Source: the human T2T-CHM13v2.0 reference genome, Homo sapiens. From it: a DNA stretch of 64,000 bases. Shown piece after piece: positions 41,601 through 54,910 of this stretch. Under the pieces are notes generated by a model. It saw nothing but the letters and a program-made list of their open reading frames with translations, made no database searches and was not told the origin of the DNA. The position numbers and the translations under genes are program-made. Positions within the stretch are counted from its first letter, which is position 1. Each line of letters opens with the position of its first letter. The stretch lies in assembly GCF_009914755.1 (NCBI RefSeq), contig NC_060933.1; one strand, 5' to 3'.

Positions 41601-44600
41601 AATTCAAGTTGAATCCATTCCATTGCATTCCATTCCATTCGATTCCCTGGCAGTCGGGTTGTTTCCATTCCATTCCATTCCATTCCATTCCATTCCATTC
41701 CATTCCATTCCGTTCCGTTCCATTCCATTCCATTCCATTCTATTCGGGTTAATTCCATTCCATTCCATTCCATTCCATTCCATTCCAATCGAGTTGATTC
41801 CATTCCATTCCATTCCACTCCATTCCAGTCCTTTCCATTCCATTCCACTCGGGTTGATTCCAATGTATTCCTTTCCATTCCATTCCATTCCATTGCAATC
41901 GAGTTGATTCCATTGCTTTGCATTCCATTCCATTCCATTCCATTCCGGATGATTCCATTCCATTGCGTTCCATTCCATTCCATTCCCCTGCACTCGGGTT
42001 GATTCCATTCCATTCCAATCCATTCCGTTCCATTCCATTCCATTGCATTGTATTCGGGTTAATTCCATTCCATTCCATTCCATTCCATTCCATTCCATTA
42101 CAATCGAGTTGATTCCATTCCATTCCATTCCATTCCAGTCCTTTCCATTCCATTCCTCTCGGGTTGATTCCATTCTATTTGTTTCCATTCCATTCCATTC
42201 CCTTCCATTCCACTCTGGTTGATTCCATTCCTTTCCATTCCACTCGAATACATTCCCTCCTATTCCACTCGGAACGATTCCATTCCATTCCATTCCATTC
42301 CATTCCATTCCATTCCATTCCATTCCTTTCCATTCCATTCTATTCCGTATCATTCAATTCCATTCCATTCCATTCCATTCCATTCCATTCCATTCCATTC
42401 CATTCCATTCCATTCCATTTTACTCGGGTTAATTCAATTCCATTGCATTCCATTCCATTCCATTCCATTCCATTCCGTTGCATTCCATTCCATTACATTC
42501 AGATTGATTCTATTCAACTCCCTTACTCTCTATTACATTCCATTCCATTCGGGTTGTTCCATTCCATTCCATTCCATTCCACTCCATTCCATTGCACTCG
42601 GGTTGATTCCATTCCATTCCATTCCATTCCATTCCATTACATTACATTCTATTCCATTCCGTTCCATTGTTCTCGGGTTGATTCCATTCCATTGCATTCC
42701 ATTCCATTCCATTCCATTTCATTCCATTCCGTTCCATTCCATTACATTCGGATTGATTCTATTCAACTCCCTTACTCTCCATTACATTCCATTCCATTCG
42801 GGTTGTTCCATTCCATTCCATTCCATTCCACTCCATTCCATTGCGCTCGGGTTGATTCCATTCCATTCCATTCCATTCCATTCCGGATGATTCCATTCCA
42901 TTGCATTTCGTTCCATTACATTCCCCTGCACTCGGGTTGATTCCATTCCATTCCATTCCATTCCATTCGATTCCATTCCATTCCAATTCTTTCCATTCCA
43001 TTCTATTCCTTACCATTCCATTCCATTCCATACAATTCCATTCCATTCCATTCCACTCCGTTCCGTTCCGTTCTGTTCCCTTCCATTCCATTCCATTCCG
43101 TTCTATTCGGTTTAATTCCATTCCATTCCATTCCATTCCATTCCATTCTATTCCATTCCATTGCTATCGAGTTGAATCCGTTGCATTCCATTCCATTCCA
43201 CTCCATTCCTTTCCATTCCGGAAAAATTCCATTCCATTGCATTCCATTCCATTCCATTCCATTCCATTCCATTCCATTCCATTCCATTGTACTCGGGTTG
43301 ATTCCATTCCATTTCATTCCATTCCATTCCATTCCATTCCATTCCATTCCATTCCGTTCCATTCCATTCCATTACATTCGGATTGATTCTTTTCAACTCC
43401 CTTACTCTCCATTACATTCCATTACATTCAGGTTGTTCCATTCCATTCCATTCCATTCCACTCCATTCCATTGCACTCGGGTTGATTCCATTCCATTCCA
43501 TTCCATTCCATTCCATTCCATTCCATTCCATTCCATTCCATTCTGGAAGATTCCATTCCATTGCATTCCATTCCATTCCATTCCCCTGCACTCGCGTTGA
43601 TTCCATTCCATTCCATTCTATTCCATTCCATTCCCTTCCTTTCCGTTCCATTCAATTCCATTCCATTCCGTTCCGTTCCATTCCATTCCATTCCATTCTA
43701 TTCGGGTTAATTCCATTCCATTCCATTCGATTGCAATCGAGTTGATTCCATTCCATTCCATTCCATTCCATTCCTTTCCATTCCATTACTGATGATTCCA
43801 TTCCATTGCATTCCATTCCATTCCATTCCCCTATACTCGGGTTGATTCCATTCCATTCCATTCCAATCCATGCCATTCCACTCGTGTTGATTCCATTGTT
43901 TCCATTCCATTCAAGTTGAATCCATTCCATTGCATTCCATTCCATTCGATTCCATTCGATTGCACTCGGGTTGATTCCATTCCATTGCATTCCATTCCAT
44001 TCCATTCCATTCCATTCCATTCCATTCCGTTCCATTCCATTCCATTTCATTCGGATTGATTCTATTCGATTCCCTTACACTCCATTACATTCCATTCCAT
44101 TCGGGTAGTTTCCATTCCATTCCATTCCATTCCTCTCCATTCCATTGAACTCGGGTTGATTCCATTCCATTGCATTCCATTCCATTCCATTCCATTCCAT
44201 TCCGTTCCGTTCCATTCCATTCCATTCCATTCTATTCGGGTTAATTCCATTCCATTCCATTCGATTGCAATCGAGTTGATTCCATTCCATTCAATTCCAT
44301 TCCATTCCATTCCATTCCATTCCATTCCTTTCCTTTCCATTACGGATGATTCCATTCCATTGCATTCCATTCCATTCCATTCCCCTGTACTCGGGTTGAT
44401 TCCATTCCATTCCATTCCAATCCATGCCATTCCACTCGTGTTGATTCCATTGTTTCCATTGCATTCAAGTTGAATCCATTCCATTGCATTCCATTCCATT
44501 CGATTCCATTCGATTGCACTCGGGTTGATTCCATTCCATTGCATTCCATTCCATTCCATTCCATTCCATTCCATTCCATTCCAATCCGTTCCATTCAATT

Positions 44601-47519
44601 CCATTCTATTCCACTGCAATCGACTTGATTCCATTCCATTCCATTCCATTCCATTCCATTCCATTCCATTCCATTCCATTCCATTTTGTTCCAATCCATT
44701 CTATTCCGAACAATTCCATTCCATCCCATTCCTTTCCATTCCATTCCATTCCATGCCATTCCACTCGGGTTGATTCCATTCCATTCCATTCCATTCAATT
44801 CCATTCCATTCCATTCCATTCCTTTCCATTCCATTTCATTACATTCACATTGATTCTATTCAATTCCCTTACACTCCATTATATTCCAATCCATTCTGGT
44901 TGTTTCCATTCCATTCCATTCCATTTCACTCCATTCCATTGCACTCGGTTTGATTCCATTCCATTCCATTCCATTCCATTCCGGGTGATTCCATTCCATT
45001 GCATTCCTTTCCATTCCATTCCCCTGCACTCAGGTTGATTCCATTCCATTCCATTCCACTCCTTTCGGTTCCGTTCCATTCCATTCTATTGCACTCCATT
45101 CTATTCGGGTTAATTCCATTCCATTCTATTCCATTCCATTCCATTCCATTCGATTGCAATCGTGTTGATTCCATTCCATTCCATTCCATTCCATTCCATT
45201 CCATTCCATTCCATTCCGTTGCATTCCATTGCATTACATTCGGATTGATTCTATTCAACTCCCTTACTCTCCATTCCATTCCGTTCCGTTCCGTTCCATT
45301 CCATTCCATTCCATTCCATTCCACTCCATTCCATTGCACTCGGGTTGATTCCATTCCCTTCCATTCCATTCCATTCCATTCCGGATTATTCCATTCCATT
45401 GCATTCCGTTCCATTACATTCCCCTGCACTCGCGTTGATTCCATTCCATTCCATTCCATTCCGTTCAATTCCATTCCATTACAATTCGTTCCATTCCATT
45501 CTATTCCGTACCATTCCATTCCATTCCATACCATTCCATTCCATTCCATTCCATTCCATTCCATTCCGTTCCATTCCGTTCCATTCCATTCCATTCCATT
45601 CTATTCGGGTTAATTCCATTCCATTCCATTCCATTCCATTCTGTTCCATTCCATTGCAATCGAGTTGAATCCATTGCATTTCATTCCATTCCATTCCATT
45701 CCATTCCATTCCGGAAGATTCCATTCCATTGCATTCCATTCCATTCCATTCCCCTGCACTCGGGTTGATTCCATTCCATTCCATTCCATTCCATTCCATT
45801 CCATTCCATTCCGTTCCGTTCCGTTCCATTCCATTCCATTCCATTCCATTCCATTCCATTCCGTTCCGTTCCATTCCATTCCATTCCATTCTATTCGGGT
45901 TAATTCCATTCCATTCCATTCGATTGCAATCGTGTTGATTCCATTCCATTCCATTCCATTCCATTCCATTCCATTCCTTTCCATTCCATTACGGATGATT
46001 CCTTTCCATTGCATTCCATTCCATTCCATTCCCCTGTACTCGGGTTGATTCCATTCCATTGCATTCCAATCCATGCGCTTCCACTCGTGTTGATTCCATT
46101 CCTTCCTTTCCGTTCAAGTTGAATCCATTCCATTGCATTCCATTCCATTCGATTCCATTCGATTGCACTCGGGTTGATGCCATTCCATTGCATTCCATTC
46201 CATTCCATTCCATTCCATTCCGTTCCATTCCATTCCATTACATTCGGATTGATTCTATTCATCTCCCTTAGTCTCCATTACATTCCATTCCATTCGGGTT
46301 GTTACATTCCATTCCATTCCATTCCACTCCATTCCATTGCACTCGGGTTTATTCCATTCCATTCCATTCCATTCCATTCCATTCCATTCCATTCCATTCC
46401 GGAAGATTCCATTCCATTGCATTCCATTCCTTTCCATTCCCCTGCACTCGCGTTGATTCCATTCCATTCCATTCCATTCCATTCCATTCCATTCCTTTCC
46501 GTTCCATTCCATTCCATTCCATTCCATTCCATTCCGTTCCGTTCCGTTCCATTCCATTCCATTCCATACTATTCTGGTTAATTCCATTCCATTCCATTCG
46601 ATTGCATTCGAGTTGATTCCATTCCATTCCATTCCATTCCATTCCATTCCATTCGTTTCCATTCCATTACGGATGATTCCATTCCATTGCATTCCATTCC
46701 ATTCCATTCCCCTGTACTCGGGTTGATTCCATTCCATTCCATTCCAATCCATGCCATTCCACTCGTGTTGATTCCATTCTTTCCATTCCATTCAATTTGA
46801 ATCCATTCCATTGCATTCCATTCCATTCCATTCCCCTGCAGTCGGGTTGATTCCATTCCATTCCATTCCATTCCATTCCATTCCATTCCAATCGTGTTGA
46901 TTCCATTCCATTCCATTCCATTCCATTCCATTCCATTCCACTCCATTCCAGTCCTTTCCATTCCATTCCACTCGGGTTGATTCCAATGTATTCCTTTCCA
47001 TTCCATTCCATTCCATTGCAATCGAGTTGATTCCATTGCTTTGCATTCCATTCCATTCCATTCCATTCCGGATGATTCCTTTCCATTGCATTCCATTCCA
47101 TTCCATTCCGCTGCACTCGGGTTGATTCCATTCCATTCCACTCCATTCCGTTCCATTCCATTCCATTTCATTGTATTCGGGTTAATTCCATTCCATTCCA
47201 TTCCATTCCATTCCATTCCATTCCATTACAATCGAGTTGATTCCATTCCATTCCATTCCATTACAGTCCTTTCCATTCCATTCCACTCGGGTTGATTCCA
47301 TTCTATTAGTTTCCATTCCATTCCATTCCCTTCCATTCCACTCTGGTTGATACCATTCCTTTCCATTCCACTCGAATACATTCCCTCCTATTCCAGTCGG
47401 AACGATTCCATTCCATTCCATTCCATTCCATTTCATTCCATTCCATTCCATTCCATTTCGTACCATTCCATTCTATTCCGTATCATTCCATTCCATTCCA
47501 TTCCTTTCCATTCCATTCC

Positions 47520-47775
47520 ATTGCCTTGCATTCCACTCGGGTTGATTCCATTCCCTTCTTTCCACTCCATTACATTCACTTCCATTCCACTCGGAATGAT
47601 TGATTCCATTCCATTCCATTTCATTCCATTGCAATCCATTCCAATCCATTCCATTGCATTCCATTCCACTCGAGTTGATTTCATTCCATTCCTTTCCATT
47701 CCATTCCATTCCTTTCCACTCGAGTTGATTCCATTCCATTCCATTCCATTGCATTCCATTCCATGCCATTCCACT
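47520..47775 (-). repeat. Divergent HSat3 block with an atypical module vocabulary (copy A)
   Basis: TTGCCTTGCATTCCACTCGGG...CCCTTCTTTCCACTCC...CTCGGAATGATTGATT...CCACTCGAGTTG. It was seen again only at ~62720-62985. Confidence 0.75.
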
Positions 47776-50700
47776 CGGGTTGATTCCATTCCATTCCATT
47801 CCATTCCATTCCATTCCATTCCATTTCATTCCATTGCATTCCATTCCATTCCTTTCCCCTGCACTCGGGTTGATTCCATTCCTTTCGATTCCATTTAATT
47901 CCATTCCATTCCATTCCATTCCATTCCATTCCAATCCGTTCCATTCCATTCCATTCTATTCCACTGCAATCGACTTGATTCCATTCCATTCCATTCTATT
48001 CCATTCAATTCCATTCCATTCCATTCCATTCCATTTTGTTCCAATCCATTCTATTCCGAACCATTCCATTCCATTCCATTCCATTCCATTCCATTCCATT
48101 CCGTTCCATGCCATTCCACTCGGGTTGATTCCATTCCATTCCATTCCATTCCATTCCATTCCATTCCATTCCATTCCGTTCCATTCCATTTCATTACATT
48201 CACATTGATTCTATTCAATTCCCTTACACTCCATTATATTCCAATCCATTCTGTTTGTTTCCATTCCATTCCATTCCATTTCACTCCATTCCATTGCACT
48301 CGGTTTGATTCCATTCCATTCCATTCCATTCCATTCCGGATGATTCCATTCCATTGCATTCCATTCCATTCCATTCCCCTGCACTCAGGTTGATTCCATT
48401 CCATTCCATTCCACTCCATTCAGTTCCGTTCCGTTCCATTCCATTCCATTCCATTCTATTCGGGTTAATTCCATTCCATTCCATTCGATTGCAATCGAGT
48501 TGATTCCATTCCATTCCATTCCATTCCATTCCATTCCTTTCCATTCCATTACGGATGATTCCTTTCCATTGCATTCCATTCCATTCCATTCCCCTGTACT
48601 CGGGTTGATTCCATTCCATTCAATTCCAATCCATGCCCTTCCACTCGTGTTGATTCCATTTTTTCCATTCCATTCTAGTTGAATCCATGCCATTGCATTC
48701 CATTCCATTCGATTCCATTCGATTGCACTTGGGTTGATTCCATTCCATTGCATTCCATTCCATTCCATTCCATTCCATTCCATTCCATTCCATTACTTTC
48801 CATTCCATTCCATTACATTCGGATTGATTCTATTCAACTCCCTTACTCTCCATTACATTCCATTCCATTCGGGTTGTTCCATTCCATTCCAATCCATTCC
48901 ACTCCATTCCATTGCACTCGGGTTGATTCCATTCCATTCCATTCCATTCCGGAAGATTCCATTCCATTGCATTCCATTACATTCCATTCCCCTGCACTCG
49001 CGTTGATTCCATTCCTTTCCATTCCATTCCATTCCATTCCATTCCATTCCGTTCCGTTCCATTCCATTCCATTCAATTCCATTCCGTTCCGTTCCATTCC
49101 ATTTCATTCCATTCTATTCGGGTTAATTCCATTCCATTGCATTCGATTGCAATCGTGTTGATTCCATTCCATTCCATTCCATTCAATTCCATTCCGTTCC
49201 ATTCCATTCCATTCCAGTCCTTTCCATTCCATTCCACTCGGGTTGAATCCATTCTATTCCTTTTAATTCCATTCCATTCCATTGCAATCGTGTGGATTCC
49301 ATTCGAGTTGAATCCATTCCATTCCATTCCATTCCATTCCATTGCACACGGGTTCATTCCATTCCATACCATTCCATTCCATTCCATTCCATTCCATTTC
49401 ATTCCATTCCATTCTATTCCGTACCATTCCATTCCATCCCATTCCATTCCGATCCATTCCATGCCATTACACTCGGGTTGATTCCATTCCTTTCCATTCC
49501 ATTCTTGTTGAATCCATTCCATTCCATTCCATTCCATTCTAATCCATTCCATTGCACTCGGGTTGATTCCATTCCATTCCATTCCATTCCATTTCATTCC
49601 ATTCCATTCCATTACATTCGGATTGATTCTATTCAATTCCCTTACACTCCATTACATTCCATTCCATTCGGGATGTTTCCATTCCATTCCATTCCATTCC
49701 ACTCCATTCCATTGCATCAGGTTGATTGCATTCCATTCCATTCCATTCCATTCCATTACAGATGATTCCATTCCATTGCATTCCATTCCATTCCATTCCC
49801 CTGCACTCGCGTTGATTCCATTCCATTCCATTCCATTCCATTCCATTCCGTTCCGTTCCATTCCATTCCATTCCATTCCATTCCGTTCCGTTCCATTCCA
49901 TTCCATTCCATTCTATTCGGGTTAATTCCATTCCATTCCATTCGATTGCAATCGAGTTGATTCCATTCCATTCCATTCCATTCCATTCCAGTCCTTTCCA
50001 TTCCATTCCTCTCGGGTTGATTCCATTCTATTAGTTTCCATTCCATTCCATTCCCTTCCATTCCAGTCTGGTTGATTCCATTCCTTTCCATTCCACTCGA
50101 ATACATTCCCTCCTATTCCACTCGGAACGATTCCATTCCATTCCATTCCATTCCATTCCATTCCATTCCATTGCATTCCATTCCATTCCATTTCGTTCCA
50201 TTCCATTCTATTCCGTATCATTCCATTCCATTCCATTCCATTCCATTCCATTCCATTCCATTCCATTCCATTCCATTGTACTCGGGTTGATTCCATTCCA
50301 TTGCATTCCATTCCATTCCATTCCATTCCATTCCGTTGCATTCCATTCCATTACATTCGGAATGATTCTATTCGACTCCCTTACTCTCCATTACATTCCA
50401 TTCCATTCGGGTTGTTCCATTCCATTCCATTCCATTCCACTCCATTCCATTGCACTCGGGTTGATTCCATTCCTTTCCATTCCATTCCATTCCATTCCGG
50501 ATGATTACATTCCATTGCATTCCGTTCCATTACATTCACCTGCACTCGCGTTGATTCCATTCCATTCCATTCCATTCCATTCAATTCCATTCCATTACAA
50601 TTCGTTCCATTCTATTCTATTCCATACCATTCCATTCCATTCCATGCCATTCCATTCCATTCCATTCCATTCCATTCCGTTCCATTCCGTTCCATTCCAT

Positions 50701-51290
50701 TCCATTCCATTCTATTCGGATTAATTCCATTCCATTCCATTCCATTCTATTCCATTCCATTGCAATCGAGTTGAATCCATTGCATTTCATTCCATTCCAT
50801 TCCATTCCATTCCGGAAGTTTCCATTCCATTGCATTCCATTCCATTCCATTCCCCTGCACTCGCGTTGATTCCATTCCATTCCATTCCATTCCATTCCGT
50901 TCCGTTCCATTCCATTCCATTCCATTCCGTTCCGTTCCATTCCATTCCATTCCATTCTATTCGGGTTAATTCCATTCCATTCCATTCGATTGCAATCGAG
51001 TTGATTCCATTCCATTCCATTCCATTCCATTCCATTCCTTTCCATTCCATTACGGATGATTCCATTCCATTGCATTCCATTCCATTCCATTCCCCTGTAC
51101 TCGGGTTGATTCCATTCCATTCCATTCCAATCCATGCCATTCCACTCGTGTTGATTCCATTCTTTCCATTCCATTCAAGTTGAATCCATTCCATTGCATT
51201 CCATTCAATTTGATTCCATTCGATTGCACTCGGGTTGATTCCATTCCATTGCATTCCATTCCATTCCATTCCATTCCATTCCGTTCCATT

Positions 51291-54200
51291 CCATTCCATT
51301 ACATTCGGATTGATTCTATTCAATTCCCTTACACTGCATTACATTCCATTCCATTCGGGTAGTTTCCATTCCATTCCATTCCATTCACCTGCACTCGCGT
51401 TGATTCCATTCCATTCCATTCTATTCCATTCCATTCCCTTCCTTTCCGTTGCATTCCATTCCATTCCATTCCATTCCGTTCCGTTCCATTCCATTCCATT
51501 CCATTCTATTCGGGTTAATTCCATTCCATTCCTTTCGATTGCAATCGAGTTGATTCCATTCCATTCCATTCCATTCCATTCCATTCCATTCCATTCCTTT
51601 CCATTCCATTACGGATGATTCCATTCCATTGCATTCCATTCCATTCCATTCCCCTATACTCTGGTTGATTCCATTCCATTCCATTCCAATCCATGCCATT
51701 CCACTCGTGTTGATTCCATTCTTTCCATTCCATTCAAGTTGAATCCATTCCATTGCATTCCATTCCATTCGATTCCATTCGATTGCACTCGGGTTGATTC
51801 CATTCCATTGCATTCCATTCCATTCCATTCCCCTGCACTCGGGTTGAGATTCCATTCCATTCCATTCCATTACATTCCGTTCCATTCCATTTCATTCCAT
51901 TCGGATTGATTCTATTCAATTCCCTTACACTCCATTACATTCCATTCCATTCGGGTAGTTTCCATTCCATTCCATTCCATTCCTCTCTATTCCATTGCAC
52001 TGGGGTTGATTCCATTCCATTCCATTCCATTCCATTCCATTATATTACATTCCATTCCATTGCGTTCCATGGTACTCGGGTTGATTCCATTCCATTGCAT
52101 TCCATTCCATTCCATTCCATTCCATTCCATTCCATTCCATTCCATTCCATTCCATTCCATTCCATTACATTACATTCGGATTGATTCTATTCAACTCTCT
52201 TACTCTCCATTACATTCCATTCCATTCGGGTTGTTCCATTCCATTCCATTCCATTCCACTCCATTCCATTGCGCTCGGGTTGATTCCATTTCATTCCATT
52301 CAATTCCATTCCATTCCATTCCATTCCATTCCACATGATTCCATTCCATTGCATTCCGTTCCATTAGATTCCCCTGCACTCGGGTTGATTCCATTCCATT
52401 CCATTCCATTCCATTCGATTCCATTCCATTCCAATTCTTTCCATTCCATTCTATTCCGTACCATTCCATTCTATTCCATACAATTCCATTCCATTCCATT
52501 CCACTCCGTTCCGTTCCGTTCCGTTCTGTTCCGTTCCATTCCATTCCATTCCATTCTATTCGGTTTAATTCCATTCCATTCCATTCCATTCCATTCCATT
52601 CTATTCCATTCCATTGCAATCGAGTTGAATCCATTGCATTCCATTCCATTCCATTCCATTCAATTCCATTCAATTCCGGAAGATTCCATTCCATTGCATT
52701 CCATTCCATTCCATTCCATTCCATTCCATTCCATTCCATTCCATTGTACTCGGGTTGATTCCATTCCATTGCATTCCATTCCATTCCATTCCATTCCATT
52801 CCATTCCGTTCCATTCCATTCCATTACATTCGGATTGATTCTTTTCAACTCCCTTACTCTCCATTACATTCCATTCCATTCGGGTTGTTCCATTCCATTC
52901 CTTTCCATTCCACTCCATTCCATTGCACTCGGGTTGATTCCATTCCATACCATTCCATTCCATTCCGGATGATTCCATTCCATTGCATTCCGTTCCATTA
53001 CGTTCCCCTGCACTCGGTTTGATTCCATTCCATTCCTTTCCATTCCATTCGATTCCATTCCATTCCCCTGCACTCGCGTTGATTCCATTCCATTCCATTC
53101 CATTCCTTTCCGTTGCATTCCATTCCACTCCACTGCATTCCGTTCCGTTCCATTCCATTCCATTCCATTCTATTCGGGTTAATTCCATTCCATTCCATTC
53201 GATTGCAATCGAGTTGATTCCATTCCATTCCATTCCATTCCATTCCATTCCATTCCATTCCAGGCCTTTACATTCGTTTCCACTCCATTACTGATGATTC
53301 CATTCCATTGCATTCCATTCCATTCCATTCCCCTGTACTCGGGTTGATTCCATTCCATTCCATTCCAATCCATGCCATTCCACTCGTGTTGATTCCATTC
53401 TTTCCTTTCCATTCAAGTTGAATCCATTCCATTGCATTCCATTCCATTTGATTCCATTCCATGGCACTCGGGTTGATTCCATTCCATTGCATTCCATTCC
53501 ATTCCATTCCATTCCATTCCCTTCCATTCCACTCTGGTTGATTCCATTCCTTTCCATTCCACTCTAATACATTCCCTCCTATTCCACTCGGAACGATTCC
53601 ATTCCATTCCATTCCATTCCATTCCATTCCATTCCATTCCATTTCGTTCCATTCCATTCTATTCCGTATCATTCCATTCCATTCCATTCCATTCCATTCC
53701 ATTCCATTCCATTCCATTCCATTGTACTCGGGTTGATTCCATTCCATTGCATTCCATTCCATTCCATTCCATTCCACTCCTTTGCATTCGATTCCATTAC
53801 ATTCGGATTGATTCTATTCAACTCCCTTACTCTCCATTACATTCCATTCCATTGGGGTTGTTCCATTCCATTCCATTCCATTCCACTCCATTCCATTGCA
53901 CTCGGGTTGATTCCATTCCTTTCCATTCCATTCCATTCCATTCCATTCCATTCCATTCCGGATGATTCCATTCCATTGCATTCCGTTCCATTACATTCCC
54001 CTGCACTCACGTTGATTCCATTCCATTCCATTCCATTCCATTCAATTCCATTCCATTACAATTCGTTCCATTCCGTTCTATTCCGTACCATTCCATTCCA
54101 TTCCATACCATTCCATTCCATTCCGTTCCATTCCATTCCGTTCCATTCCGTTCCATTCCATTCCATTCCATTCTATTCGGATTAATTCCATTCCATTCCA

Positions 54201-54910
54201 TTCCATTCCATTCAATTCCATTCCATTGCAATCGAGTTGAATCCATTGCATTTCATTCCATTCCATTCCATTCCATTCCATTCCATTCCGGAAGATTCCA
54301 TTCCATTGCATTCCATTCCATTCCATTCCCCTGCATTCGCGTTGATTCCATTCCATTCCGTTCCATTCCATTGCATTCCATTCCATTCCGTTCCGTTCCA
54401 TTCCATTCCATTCCATTCTATTCGGGTTAATTCCATTCCATTTCATTCGATTGCAATCGAGTTGATTCCATTCCATTTCATTCCATTCCTTTCCATTCCA
54501 TTACGGATGATTCCATTCCATTGCATTCCATTCCATTCCATTCCCCTGTACTCAGGTTGATTCCATTCCATTCCATTCCAATCCATGCCATTACACTCGT
54601 GTTGATTCCATTCTTTCCATTCCATTCAAGTTGAATCCATTCCATTGCATTCCATTCAATTCGATTCCATTCGATTGCACTCGGGTTGATTCCATTCCAT
54701 TGCATTCCATTCCATTCCATTCCCCTGTACTCGGGTTGATTCCATTCCTTTCCATTCCAATCCATGCCATTCCACTCGTGTTGATTCCATTCTTTCCATT
54801 CCATTGAAGTTGAATCCATTCCATTGCATTCCATTCCATTCCATTCCCCTGCAGTCGGGTTGATTCCATTCCATTCCATTCCATTCCCTTCCATTCCATT
54901 CCGTTCCGTT
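51291..54910 (-). repeat. ~3.6-kb tandem duplication, copy 1
   Basis: Markers ACACTGCATT (51331/54951), GGGTTGAGAT (51841/55461), TGGGGTTGAT (52001/55621) and CAGGCCTTTACATTCGTTTC (53261/56851). ORF pairs are offset by 3590-3620. Confidence 0.92.
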
